From assembly GCA_032718475.1 (NCBI GenBank), contig JAUCBJ010005520.1, positions 1-64,000 on the forward strand: DNA of 64,000 nt, in the 5' to 3' direction. The position numbers were made by a program, and so were the translations under genes. Source of the stretch: Nemertoderma westbladi. Its lineage: Eukaryota > Animalia > Xenacoelomorpha. This document shows positions 52,760 to 63,513 of this stretch, piece by piece. The notes under the pieces are model-generated. The model did no database searches. It saw only the letters and a list, made by a program, of their open reading frames with translations, and was not told the DNA's origin. Position 1 is the first letter of the stretch. Every line of letters begins with the position of its first letter.

Positions 52760-53845
52760 AGCTGCTATATGAGTTTATCAATATTATAATTAATTATAAT
52801 TAGGCTAGCGGTCGTCGCTGCCTACCCCTCAATGCCCCCGGACAGCGCAAGATCCTCAGCGCTGATGTACTGTCGTCGCTGTGCCTCTCGCCAACATAGT
52901 AGCTACACAACGACAACAATAACCAGCGCGAGTCACTCCACTGTCCGTCCCAAGGGCTTAGATTTACTTCAGGTTCTTACTGTAGAGGTAGGGCTACTTT
53001 CACAACTGCGACTCGCTACTGTAAACACACTTTAGTAGTAACATTCACCTATAAACGCACAAATTCCACACAACTGTCACAAATTGTACACATTCGGGCC
53101 ATTTGTCCGTTAGTCAAGTGCCTTCCAGAATGCCACGTTATTATTATGTATCCCTGGATACTAGCAGTGCGATATTTATTCCGTATGCTATTCAATGGGG
53201 CAAGCTTTCTATTGTTCTTTTAACTCGCTTCTAATTCTAGCGTGGTTGTTGCTATGGTGACATTATGGAAAACTAGCAGTAGAATTAGGGTAATTCTCAT
53301 GCATACAGATCTGGGATGCTATTTAATAGTAATTCTTTAATTGTCAATATTCCCCTTTATACATGATGTCATGAATTTTATCGGCTATTGACTATATATT
53401 GGAGATTCTCGCACACTAATATACTTAATAGGGTGAATCTCCGCTCCCATGATCTATTAATTAATGGAATTTTGGGAATGTTATAAATTGTATAAAATGA
53501 CAATTTATCAAATTCATGAGAGGATATGAATTTAAAATTTATTCCCGTAAATTTTATTATTTAATATTAAAATAGACACAATTTTATTCCAGAGCATGTC
53601 TGGGAACTAGGATCCTTAATTCTAGAACATTTGTCCTTTTAAGAGTATCGGTAAGTGCTACGATATCTTAATCGACTAGAATTTTAAAGGATCTAAATTT
53701 TAACAGATTTTGATTTATAGATTTTCTAGAGTTAACTTATAACCATTTACTCTATTATATTTGTTTTGATCGATTTTAAAATTATTTATTAAATATTTAA
53801 TATTTAAGATGGGCACCGATTTATTCCAGAACATGTCTGGGGACG

Positions 53846-54119
53846 TTAACCACTGATTCTAGCTACTCTGTTGGTAACGAAGACGCTGAACTGACAGACT
53901 TCATTTGTTATATACTCCAAAACGAGTAAAGCTTCAGTCCAATAGACAGTTTTCTCCAGTGGATAGTCGATCTGATCTGTTACATTCCGGCCAATGGCTG
54001 TAGCGTATAGAGCCGCCTTTAACTCCGCTCGAGGAACTCGTAGCTTGTTGTTTATCAAGGCCTTAGAGGTAACCAAGGCAACTTTAATTCCATCCGGAGT
54101 TTCAACCCTCAGGTAGGCT
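53846..54119 (-). pseudogene. Second, diverged copy of an RNase H segment (AYLRVE...FVTNRVA)
   Basis: ~258 bp matching 54566-54823 with about 18 substitutions by hand count. Confidence 0.9.
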
Positions 54120-56340
54120 TACAGAGCCGATTCCAGGAACTGTAGTGATGTATCGCTCTCTGCAGAAGAGGTGAGAGTCCTTGCGAGACGTCTGGTATTC
54201 CAGATTTCCAATCCTTATCACGGATTTCCACAACAAGCTTATTTGTGGCTGTTGGTTTCTGATCCAAAGCGTCGTCTCCGGAAATATGTAGTACAGACAG
54301 ATCTACCATAGGTTTGAATAACTTCGATTTACTCGCCCGAGTTTTAGGTTTGACTTTCTCCGCTCCCTTGGCCTGTCTAATCTCTGTGGTAGTAAGATGA
54401 GGAGGCCATTCTTCTTCTTCTTTGTAGAGGAAGTCGGGTCCACCTAACCAGTCTGGAGTATCTACCAGTTCTTGTGGAGATGCTCCCCTGGAGGCGATGT
54501 CTGCTGGATTAATCGTTCCGGGACAATGTCTCCATTGATCCATCGTCGTGCGACTAAGTATAATGGCTACTCTGTTGGTAACGAAGATGCTGAACTGACA
54601 GACTTCATTGGTTATATACTCCAACACGAGTAAAGCGTCGGTCCAATAGACAGTTTTCTCCAGTGGATAGTCGATCTGTTCTGTTACATTCCGGCCGATG
54701 GCTGTAGCGTATAGAGCCGCCTTTAACTCCGCTCGAGGAACTTTCAACTTATTGTTTATCAATGCCTTAGAGGTAACCAAGGCGACTTTGATTCCGTCCG
54801 GAGTTTCCACCCTTAGGTAGGCTACTATACCTATTCCCATATCAATCAATATAACTGGGCTAATAAATCCCAATGGATCGAAAGAAGTGCTCAGGATACT
54901 TAGACAAATCCGTTTAGTTCGAACTGGATTATCTCGCTGTTTTAGCTGGAAAAACAGGATATCTCTCTCTGTGTCCCATTTCAAACCAAGCATCTTGGTT
55001 TCCGGAAGATCGTCCTTGATAAGGTCCAGATCTTTAACACCTCGGTCTTCTACCGGGATTGATTCCAGAAACTCACGGGAGTTACTAGTGAATTTGGTTA
55101 GTCGAAATCCACCGCGTTTCAAGCACTCTACCGTTCCTTTGGCAACATCAATGGCTTCTTCCACCGATGGGAGGGACTTTAAATTGTCGTCCATGTATAT
55201 ATCCCGTTTGATGTTGTCGATAACCACTTTAGAGAAGGCGTCTCGGTTGTCATCAGCAGTGGTACGCACTACTGAACAAGCTTTCGAGGGGCTCGAGATG
55301 ATCCCGAAAGCCTGGATGGTCATCCAGTACTCCACCGGTTTTTGGTTGAGGTCTTCTTCAGGCCACCACATAAATCGTAGGCTGTCTCGATAACTATCCA
55401 GCGCCTTAACTTGTAAGAACATGCCTTCTATATCCGAAGCGAAAGCGATAGAATATTGCCGTAATCTTAAGAGTATTCCCAATAAGGATTGGAGTAAGTT
55501 GGGTCCCGGCAACAATTCGGAGTTCAGGGATTGGCCCATGTAAAGGGCGGAGCTGTCGAACACTACCCGGACTTCATTGGGTTTACCAGGTTTGGGAACG
55601 TAATGATGTGTTAGATAATACGTTCTCTCAGTTATGGGTGTTTCTTCCGGTACTCGCTCCGCATATCCCTTATCGATGAATTTCTTCAGCTGAGTTTTGT
55701 ACATTTCCCTAGCTGAAACATTGGCCGTAAGACGCCGATGTAGTTGCGCGATTCTCTTCTCCGCTAAAGGTCGGTTATTTATAAAGTTGGGTTCTCTTCG
55801 TCGGAACGGAAGACCAATCTCATATCGACCTTGATCTTTAATAAAACGGGTAGTCGTTTCCTGAATCTGCTTGGCTCTCTCCTCCTCGACGGACAGGGCC
55901 TTGTCGTAGGAATTAGGCTCTACGGCTTCTTGAGTAAAGAATCGTACGGCGTGTTCATCGCGAATCTTATTGTTGTATCGATCTATCACCTCATTTAGTT
56001 CGTCGTTGTAGTTGAATTGTCCGCCATGATTGATGAGATGGCACAGGTTCACTTGGTTTCGCCAAGTTTCATTTTCAGTGAGGAGGTCGATTGTATTTTC
56101 CTCGTCGAATAATTGGTTAATATCGTCATTATCTGAGGAGTATGGTGTTCCCTCAGTTGTGGTCTCTCCCTCACTGATTTCTTCTTCCCATTCACTCACC
56201 TGATGTACTTGGTCGTTAGGTAATCTTTCCATGAGTGTTCTACGGGAAGGTCCAGTGAAGTACCAACCTACTCTCGTTCTTCCCGCATATGTTTGTAATG
56301 GTTGCGGTCGAGCAGGCCGTTTTTCTAATGTCTCAAGCAC
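54109..56340 (-). CDS. pol: Pao-type reverse transcriptase plus partial RNase H segment of gag-pol
   Basis: YYLTHH..KPGK..VRVVFDSS, GPNLL, DIEGMFLQV, FG.ISSP, YMDD (55197-55186), LGLKWD, FDPLGF, PRAELKAA, WTDA, NPADIASRG. Confidence 0.95.
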   Translation of the reverse strand: MLETLEKRPARPQPLQTYAGRTRVGWYFTGPSRRTLMERLPNDQVHQVSEWEEEISEGETTTEGTPYSSDNDDINQLFDEENTIDLLTENETWRNQVNLCHLINHGGQFNYNDELNEVIDRYNNKIRDEHAVRFFTQEAVEPNSYDKALSVEEERAKQIQETTTRFIKDQGRYEIGLPFRRREPNFINNRPLAEKRIAQLHRRLTANVSAREMYKTQLKKFIDKGYAERVPEETPITERTYYLTHHYVPKPGKPNEVRVVFDSSALYMGQSLNSELLPGPNLLQSLLGILLRLRQYSIAFASDIEGMFLQVKALDSYRDSLRFMWWPEEDLNQKPVEYWMTIQAFGIISSPSKACSVVRTTADDNRDAFSKVVIDNIKRDIYMDDNLKSLPSVEEAIDVAKGTVECLKRGGFRLTKFTSNSREFLESIPVEDRGVKDLDLIKDDLPETKMLGLKWDTERDILFFQLKQRDNPVRTKRICLSILSTSFDPLGFISPVILIDMGIGIVAYLRVETPDGIKVALVTSKALINNKLKVPRAELKAALYATAIGRNVTEQIDYPLEKTVYWTDALLVLEYITNEVCQFSIFVTNRVAIILSRTTMDQWRHCPGTINPADIASRGASPQELVDTPDWLGGPDFLYKEEEEWPPHLTTTEIRQAKGAEKVKPKTRASKSKLFKPMVDLSVLHISGDDALDQKPTATNKLVVEIRDKDWKSGIPDVSQGLSPLLQRAIHHYSSWNRLCKPT

Positions 56341-57210
56341 CTAATGCGCATTTTGGCCGATCAATATCTGCACCCCTGGGTAGTCGGTGTTGAATCTAGG
56401 GATATCATGCTGCTGGGTAAAATGGTCTTCATCCCAGTTGTATGGTTCTACTTGGCTAGTAGCAAAGTTCTTTATCGCCACCATTTTTACTGACCTTATG
56501 CTATGTTCTCCTAGTTCATCCTGGGGAGTGGACAACGCACCTACATAGTAGTCTGTAGCTACTGTGGATTTCCAAACCTGCATAATTCCTGAAAGGTTCA
56601 ACTTAGTGCGGAACTTGGGTTGTCCAGCAAAGATGTCTTCGGCTAGTTCTTTGTCGATGAATGTTCCTGTGCTGCCGGAGTCCAGGAGGGCGTTTACTAT
56701 AAAACTCTTACCTGGCCCATGGACTCTCAGCTGAACTACTGGGAATTCCCGAATTCCGACGTTGGAAGTTGGTGCTTTCCAAGATGGTTGTCGGTCCGGA
56801 ATAGTCGATTGGACTTCATTATCGGTTTCAGTCTCATACGTAAGCGCTCGATACACCGCGGTGTTTATCATATAACAGGATTCGTTTTCGTCGGAGAATT
56901 CGTCTGTGTAGAATCCTTCCATCTCAGAGCTGTGGTCAGTGTCGTTCACATCACTGTTTTGGACATGTAGTTCGAGCTCACTTACCTGACTCGTGCGGGT
57001 TCTGTCAAATTCTGTGTGCAGCAAGATATGATGTTTCGCGCCGCACTTAGCACACATAGCATCTGAGTAACAGGTCCGCCGTTGGTGTCCTCGTCTGAGG
57101 CAATTATAACACAACCGCTTATCCCACATGACATCACGTCTATCCTTAAGGGATTTCTTCAAGAATTCATCACATCCACTCAAGCGATGTGGCCGTCGCA
57201 CAATACACAT
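56341..57210 (-). CDS. Gag Zn knuckles and aspartic protease segment
   Basis: CVLCDGxHRLSGC (across the frameshift), CYNCLRRGHQRRTC and CAKCGAKHHILLH form the BEL/Pao triple knuckle. Protease motifs NALLDSGSTGTFI and ILIG. Confidence 0.93.
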   Translation of the reverse strand: MCIVRRPHRLSGCDEFLKKSLKDRRDVMWDKRLCYNCLRRGHQRRTCYSDAMCAKCGAKHHILLHTEFDRTRTSQVSELELHVQNSDVNDTDHSSEMEGFYTDEFSDENESCYMINTAVYRALTYETETDNEVQSTIPDRQPSWKAPTSNVGIREFPVVQLRVHGPGKSFIVNALLDSGSTGTFIDKELAEDIFAGQPKFRTKLNLSGIMQVWKSTVATDYYVGALSTPQDELGEHSIRSVKMVAIKNFATSQVEPYNWDEDHFTQQHDIPRFNTDYPGVQILIGQNAH

Positions 57211-59771
57211 TTGCGCTTGATGTTACTTACTTTAACCTGTGCTGTGTGGTGCACACTTGTTCTTTCCTCGGGCTTTCTTCCATGAATTCTCTTAAGAGAC
57301 GTAGGAGGAGTTGTTGTTACCTGTTCTCTCCTGTCACTGGTTCGAGACTTAGATTTACTTACGTCTTTCCGAGTTTTGTTGACATAATAAGATCTTTCAG
57401 TGTCTTTCCCGCTGTTCTCCTCGTGGGAGGTCTGGCTTTCGCCATCGTCTGTATAACACACTGGTGTTACCTTTCTCCTAGAAACGGGTTTTTCACTTAC
57501 CTTACTTTCAGGAGTCTTCTCTCTAGACTGTTTTAGGAGTTGTAATCTTACCTCTCTGTTTAAGAATGACAGAAGGTCCGTCATGGTTGGATCTCTATGT
57601 TGTTGGTCCATCAAATAGAGAACCTTTTTGTCCCAGCGAGTACCTACTCCACCCTTTGGCAAAGTTGATGCTAAGGCTCCTACAACCATAGAATTCTGGT
57701 ATTCATGAGACTTACAGAACCAGTCTAACTGTCTACAGATCTCCTGAATCTCGTCGGAAAACTCTATAATCCCGCTGCTAAGGAACTTTCGGGGCGCCAT
57801 TAATTTCGCATACAAATACCTAGCTATGTTAGTCCTATTACCATACCTGATGTTTAGTGTATCCCAAACTTGTCTTAATCCATCTGGATGTCCAATAAAC
57901 TTTAACGCCATTAACTTGGGAGGTCCTTCCAGGCACTCGATGAGGAATCTAAGTTTCTCTCCGTTAGATAGTACAGAGTTCTGTATGTTATCTTTATAAT
58001 ATTCATTAAAAGGTAACCATTTCATCTCATCTCCATTGAACTTGACGACCTCTCCCACCTTTACCGCTTGACGGGCTTCGGTTCTAGCCATTTGACGCGT
58101 AAAACTTTCTTGGGCCATCGTATTATTTAATATCGAGTTATCGGTATATAAATTTCTCGGATTATGATCAGGTCTATATGGAATATCATTATCAACAGGT
58201 TTATAGTTACCCTTAATAGGGTTTATTATAGGAGTTTCTACTTCACTAGCGGTATAGATGCGTGTAGGCTCCACACCTTGCGCATGAAATACTTCAGACC
58301 TAACAGGTTGACACATTGTTACAGGGGGTGGTGGTATACCCCTTTGTATATTTACCAATTTATCGCGTTCTAACGCGATACTCTGCTGCATTTCTTGCAA
58401 CTCCAACCTACCCTCTCTTACTGTTCCCTTTAACTGCTGAACAGTCCCTTCCAACTCTTGGACCTGTTGGGAGGAACGTACATGATGTTCCTCCATCTGT
58501 CCGAGCAGGAGGTCCATCCCCCGCCGTCGCTCATCCACCCACTCTACTGCCAAAGCGGGAGCCGCCAACATAGTAGCGGGTAGATGAGGGACGACGGGCG
58601 ACAAATCGTTGATGTCTTGCTCGGCATCCAGGACCGGGATTGATTTAGGGAATGTTCTACTGGTCACAGTCACAGGTAGTTTAGTACTGTGCAAAGGGAA
58701 TTTAGAGTTAAGTTCTGGAAGTACAGGGGTCTCTATCACAGAGGGGGTGGCTTCGATAACAGGCCTAATTATTTTAGGCTCGTCTATTATAGTAGGGAGT
58801 CTTTCTACTCTAATAATTTGGTCTGAAGGCTCAGGATTACTTAGATCTACACTAGCTAGTTGCCTTCTCACGGCTGGAGGCAAATCAGGCAATTTCTGCC
58901 GGTGCAGCGCCCTTCTATGTCCGCTGGAACGAGATTCATTTCCTCTACCTTCAGGATCTGTTGTATCGCCATCATCAGAGGATGTAAATCCCTGTCTCTT
59001 GGGAGTAGATCGACTTATCATCTGCATCTGCGTAGCTGTTCTCTGTTTATTTAAGTAGTCTTGCTTCACTTGAAGATTTTCCAACTCTAGTTGGGCTGTC
59101 TCTTCAGATGCCCTCCATTCTGCTTCTGCCACTGCCTCTGCCGCCTTTCTTTCAACTTCTGCAGCTGCCGCTGTCGCTTTTCTTTCCGCTTCTGCCGCTT
59201 TTCTTTCCGCTTCTGCAGCTGCCGCTGTCACTTTTCTTTCCGCTTCTCCCGCTTTTCTTTCCACTTCTGCAGCTGCCGCTGTCGCTTTTCTTTCCGCTTC
59301 TGCCGCTTTTCTTTCCGCTTCTACCGCCGCCGCTGCCGCTTTTCTTTCAGCTTCTGCCGCTGCTGATGCTGATGCCGCTGCCTTTCTGTCTTCTATCTGC
59401 TTTTTCTTTAGCTGCTCTTCTTGGACCCTAGCGATGAGGATGCTTTCATCAAATTTAGCCTGCTCCGCGGCTAACATTTCCGCATCTAATGAGTCTAACA
59501 CAAATTTGGCTCCCTCACTATTAGGGTGAAGTCCAGCTAGCCGTCTCCTTAACTGTTTGTCACCTATAAATCGTTGATAGTCCGACAGATAGATGTCAAT
59601 AGCGTCCTTCTTCTGAGGTTTCTCTGATGTAACTTCGCTTTCCACCTGAGAAAAGGTAGCGTCTGTTGATTCTCCGTGGGTCGCGCACTCAGTTAGCTGA
59701 ATTGTCCATTGTGTCGTTCCTTGGACTTTAAGACTCACCCGTTGGAACCAAGTCTTTACGGCAACTTGCAA
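57180..59771 (-). CDS. gag: Gag segment with coiled coil and DUF1759-like capsid region
   Basis: KFNGDEMKWLPF...EKLRFLIECLEGPP...LNIRYG matches the Pao gag pattern. Confidence 0.88.
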   Translation of the reverse strand: MQVAVKTWFQRVSLKVQGTTQWTIQLTECATHGESTDATFSQVESEVTSEKPQKKDAIDIYLSDYQRFIGDKQLRRRLAGLHPNSEGAKFVLDSLDAEMLAAEQAKFDESILIARVQEEQLKKKQIEDRKAAASASAAAEAERKAAAAAVEAERKAAEAERKATAAAAEVERKAGEAERKVTAAAAEAERKAAEAERKATAAAAEVERKAAEAVAEAEWRASEETAQLELENLQVKQDYLNKQRTATQMQMISRSTPKRQGFTSSDDGDTTDPEGRGNESRSSGHRRALHRQKLPDLPPAVRRQLASVDLSNPEPSDQIIRVERLPTIIDEPKIIRPVIEATPSVIETPVLPELNSKFPLHSTKLPVTVTSRTFPKSIPVLDAEQDINDLSPVVPHLPATMLAAPALAVEWVDERRRGMDLLLGQMEEHHVRSSQQVQELEGTVQQLKGTVREGRLELQEMQQSIALERDKLVNIQRGIPPPPVTMCQPVRSEVFHAQGVEPTRIYTASEVETPIINPIKGNYKPVDNDIPYRPDHNPRNLYTDNSILNNTMAQESFTRQMARTEARQAVKVGEVVKFNGDEMKWLPFNEYYKDNIQNSVLSNGEKLRFLIECLEGPPKLMALKFIGHPDGLRQVWDTLNIRYGNRTNIARYLYAKLMAPRKFLSSGIIEFSDEIQEICRQLDWFCKSHEYQNSMVVGALASTLPKGGVGTRWDKKVLYLMDQQHRDPTMTDLLSFLNREVRLQLLKQSREKTPESKVSEKPVSRRKVTPVCYTDDGESQTSHEENSGKDTERSYYVNKTRKDVSKSKSRTSDRREQVTTTPPTSLKRIHGRKPEERTSVHHTAQVKVSNIKRKCVLCDGHIA
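59110..59385 (-). repeat. Coding minisatellite (alternating ~21/33-bp units) encoding AAEAERKA repeats
   Basis: Repeated GCTTTTCTTTCCGCTTCTGC units, in frame with gag. Confidence 0.9.
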
Positions 59772-62322
59772 CTACGTGTCTTGGCTTCTCTTCGAGGCTT
59801 CCTCAAAGGCGGAAAGGATTAGTCTGATCCGTAAGATTCATTCTCGAACTTGAGAAAGCAGCTCTCCCTGCTCTTGAGGTCCTTGTCTTTGTTGGAATAG
59901 GTGTTCTTCTAGTCGCTCCAAAGAACTGAAGAATCCCTGGACATATCCTGCTGCCGACCTCTTCCACACAGCTGGATCTCGAGTGTCCCTTACTACTCCC
60001 ATCCTGTGTAAGTCCTCCCAGGCAGCTTCCGATAAGTTAAACGGGAGTCCGGGTCCGGGGAAGTTCCATTGCGTCTCAACAATAGACTTCAGTTCCTCCA
60101 TTATGTATCCCGCATAACTGTCCTTGGTCGATCGCTTACTTCTTGCCCATTCGATTTGATGTTCTTCCACAGCGATCAATACTCTAGTGAGTACGGCCCC
60201 AGGAAGAATTAGAAGTGGATCGGTATAAACTGCTTCTACCATCCTTGCTCCGATTTCGGGTGTTAACTCTACAGTATCTGAACTACTGGAGCTATCGGGC
60301 TGTTGAGAAATAAGTCCTTGGTTTGGGTGTTGCTGCTGTTTAACAGCTGCCTCTTGGTCCCGCTTGACTTGAGCCCTAGTGCCTATGATAGACCTACGGT
60401 GCTTTACTAGCCTAGGGTCTGATACTACTACTGTAGGGATGACCTTTCTTACAGTAGGAGGGGACTTGGACTTCGGTCTCAGATGTTCTGCACTCCTATC
60501 TGAGTCGCAGACTGTTCTTTCTAGGAGACTATCTGACAGTGTTTGCTTTGTGTTAGCCATGATTTATATTGCAGTTGAATGCCTACTACTATAACGACAG
60601 TTAAAGTAAGTCTAGTAATTCAGTATCAACTGTAAGCCTAGTAATTAATTACCGATACCGTTATTCAGTGTAACGTGATATATATAATATATTAAAATAC
60701 CGGTATACTTATAATATATATATAAGTATTATTACAGACTAGGATTAGTCACAGAATACCGGTATAAAATTTCAGCCTAAATTTATATAAATATATATAT
60801 TAAGCCTACTGTGAATACCGGTAATGTCAATTATTTTATAAAAACTGAATTTCTGAATTTTAGGGTTACTTCCCTTTACTTATTACTGTTATTAAGTAGT
60901 AGTCCAACTGATATTAAGACCTAATTGATGTATAACAGGCCTACTATTTTATAAATCGGTCTGAGTTGATTTATAATATTTTATGTACCCGTACAAGGGA
61001 TTTGACAATATTTGAAATAAATGTTATTATTTCTGGGTAAGGAGTCACTACACAGAAGCTGAATGCTCTCAGTGGAGTGCTACTTGTTGGACACTAAAAC
61101 GAATAATGCTACTTTACTAAGTTACTTATCACTACAAATTACATACAATTACTATGTGAGATTATAATCTCTAAATAAACACCAAAAGTTATACGTACAA
61201 ATTTTAGGGTAATTTTACAAGAAATCTACAAACCAGCCTAACAAGGAGTTAGAATTTCTGGTTATTACAAACGATAGGATACTACGGTATTTGAAAACAA
61301 TAAAGCAGTAGTAAGTAAATTGTGTTGTCCAGATAAGAAAATACCACCGTCTGACGACTTATAGTCTTAAACTATAAGTACTACGTTATGTACCCGGAGT
61401 GTCCTTACCTAGAAGTTAATTACCGTAGCCAACCAGAGCTAACGTGCCTATTAACCACTTTACAACACAAATATATTGCCTACACACTAATTACTTTCGG
61501 AAAGCACTGTACGCTAAACCCTAAATTAGGTACAAGTACTTATACAACAAATAACCAGCAGTTAAATATACTTGTACAGCTAAAAGAACCACGGTTTCTG
61601 CTGAAGTGACCAGAGCATAAAATCACCAGTCTTTACCTTCCCCAAGCAGCCCTGATGTAGTACCGGGGTTAATTTAACTATAACGGTATGTATAACAAGC
61701 ACAATTACTGTAGGAATAAACTTGGGGTTATGTAGGTTGTGAATACTCGCATAGACTCTGAATAATAAATATTACGCTACCCGTACAGACTATACAAACA
61801 AATACAGACCAAATGCTGGCAGCCTACTGGCAAGCCTAAATAAACTACAGTATATGCAGACTCCGAAATGGTTAGTTAGTATGCGTTCTAACCGAGTAGT
61901 ACGACTTATTCTTTCGGGGGGGATTTACCTTACAACACTGGATGCCCCCACCTTCCTAACTAGTACTTTATCGGACATACACTCTACATACACTGCAATC
62001 TCTTCAGACCTAACAACAGCCAGACAACAATCCAGCCTACAAATTATTTGTACAATTCGAGCAGGCTTACACGCCTTCTGCTCAATATTACCCTTACAGA
62101 TAAATAAAACTGACAGAAACAGGTAAACCATACAAAGGAATAAGGGGTGATCAATCCCTAATCCACTAACAGCCTACAATATACAATATGTCACAATCGA
62201 AATAATACTGGTACCGATAAGTACCGGTTCGGGTGGTTGGGCAGTTAGGCCTACAGGTTACCGTCCGACCGGTACATTCGAATTTATTGCCTACGTGCAA
62301 TCAAGAAACAAAAATCTATTAT

Positions 62323-63513
62323 TGTTCGCGCTTTCAGACCTTTAGCAGTTTAACCTACCAATTTTAGGTGTCCTCTTGTTTATATATCGACTTTAGCCTA
62401 TAACAAGTATTTAGTGCACATAAAGTTACATTAGCCAAAGCCAGTCTATGCGCGATCATTGACCCACTGTTAAGGGAGACTGGATTCGTGTGCTTTGAAG
62501 TGATTGCGGTGCAGACCTACTGTATTATTCGATTGATCGTTACTATATAATCTCTGACAAATATATTTACTTTCGGGGAAATATTAACAGTTCCTTTAGG
62601 ACGTGGCGCTTTAAGTATATAAACAGAGTTATGACTTATACTAAACACAACGAGATGGCCACTGAGTTTCGTAAATAGCGCATTCTTTAGGAGATGCTTT
62701 ATTATCTTTCACACTACTGCACACGACTTCACACTACTTCACACTGATCTGCCGACCGTCACTGAATTTGATCATATATAAGGAAGATAGCAACTGACAC
62801 ATGTAGGGATTATGAAATAGCATTTAATTCACACAAAAACCACTATAATGTAAGTCGCAGTTGCTACAGGTAACCGGTCCCTCTTACCTTCAGCAATCTA
62901 GAAGATTGGGGGTTTTATGATTATTTATCGGTATTCTCCAAATATAACAACATATCCATCAATATACAACAATTAATAACAGACAGTAAACAGAAGTAAA
63001 ATAATGCGGTGAAAGTAGCACAGAGTGACACGCAGTGCAGTTTGATATGCAGTTTGCAGTGTTGCTCAGTCAGTTGGTGGTCAATGTATCCAGATAATAG
63101 ATTTACGTTCTTGTAATCAAAGCCATCTAATGTTTGGCCAAAGTCTGAAACTTCTACAGAAGCACAGAAGAATTCTAAGCCGGTGTTCTGAGGCTCAGAA
63201 AAGGTAAACAAAGACCGCAATGCATTGCGCGGTTTTACATAGGCCCTTGTCCAACATAAAATGAAAATCGCTCTGATTGGCTAAGCAGAACAAAGAGAGG
63301 TTCCACGTTTACAGTAAATCAGCTGACAGATTTCGTCATCTGAGTTCCAGTCTTTTAGAGTATTAGGCGCATTGCGGCAAAATATGACTTGTTATGTCCG
63401 CTAAAGCACCTACACGGTACATTGCAGAGAAAATGACTTGTTATGTCCGCTAAAGCACCTACACGGTATATTGTGGAGAAAAATGACTTGTTATGTCCGC
63501 AAAAGCTTTTACA
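62323..63513 (-). repeat. 5' LTR of element C (1191 bp)
   Basis: Direct repeat of 49332-50469, with one extra ~50-bp GACTTGTTATGTCCGC... unit. Confidence 0.97.

Larger units (their letters stand above)
54109..60560 (-). pseudogene. gag-pol: Single gag-pol frame of element C, disabled
   Basis: ATG at 60560. In-frame stops at 59840-59838 (TGA), 59774-59772 (TAG) and 56343-56341 (TAG), a 1-nt frameshift near 57190, and an in-frame deletion near 54843. Confidence 0.9.
49332..63513 (-). mobile_element. BEL/Pao LTR retrotransposon with both LTRs (element C, ~14.2 kb), non-autonomous
   Basis: Two TG...CA LTRs, CCATG TSD, gag with DUF1759-like region and triple Zn knuckle, aspartic protease, Pao RT and RNase H. 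No integrase found. Confidence 0.97.

Noticed and set aside
56341-57210. Programmed frameshift or readthrough between gag and pol
   Set aside because: The frameshift falls inside the first Zn knuckle with no slippery heptamer, and the TAG follows the protease. BEL/Pao normally use one ORF, and other disablements are present.
59838-60560. Separate upstream ORF before gag (also 1791-2447 in element A)
   Set aside because: In frame with downstream gag. It is separated only by stops that single C>T changes would explain (element C) or by an AT-rich insert (element A).
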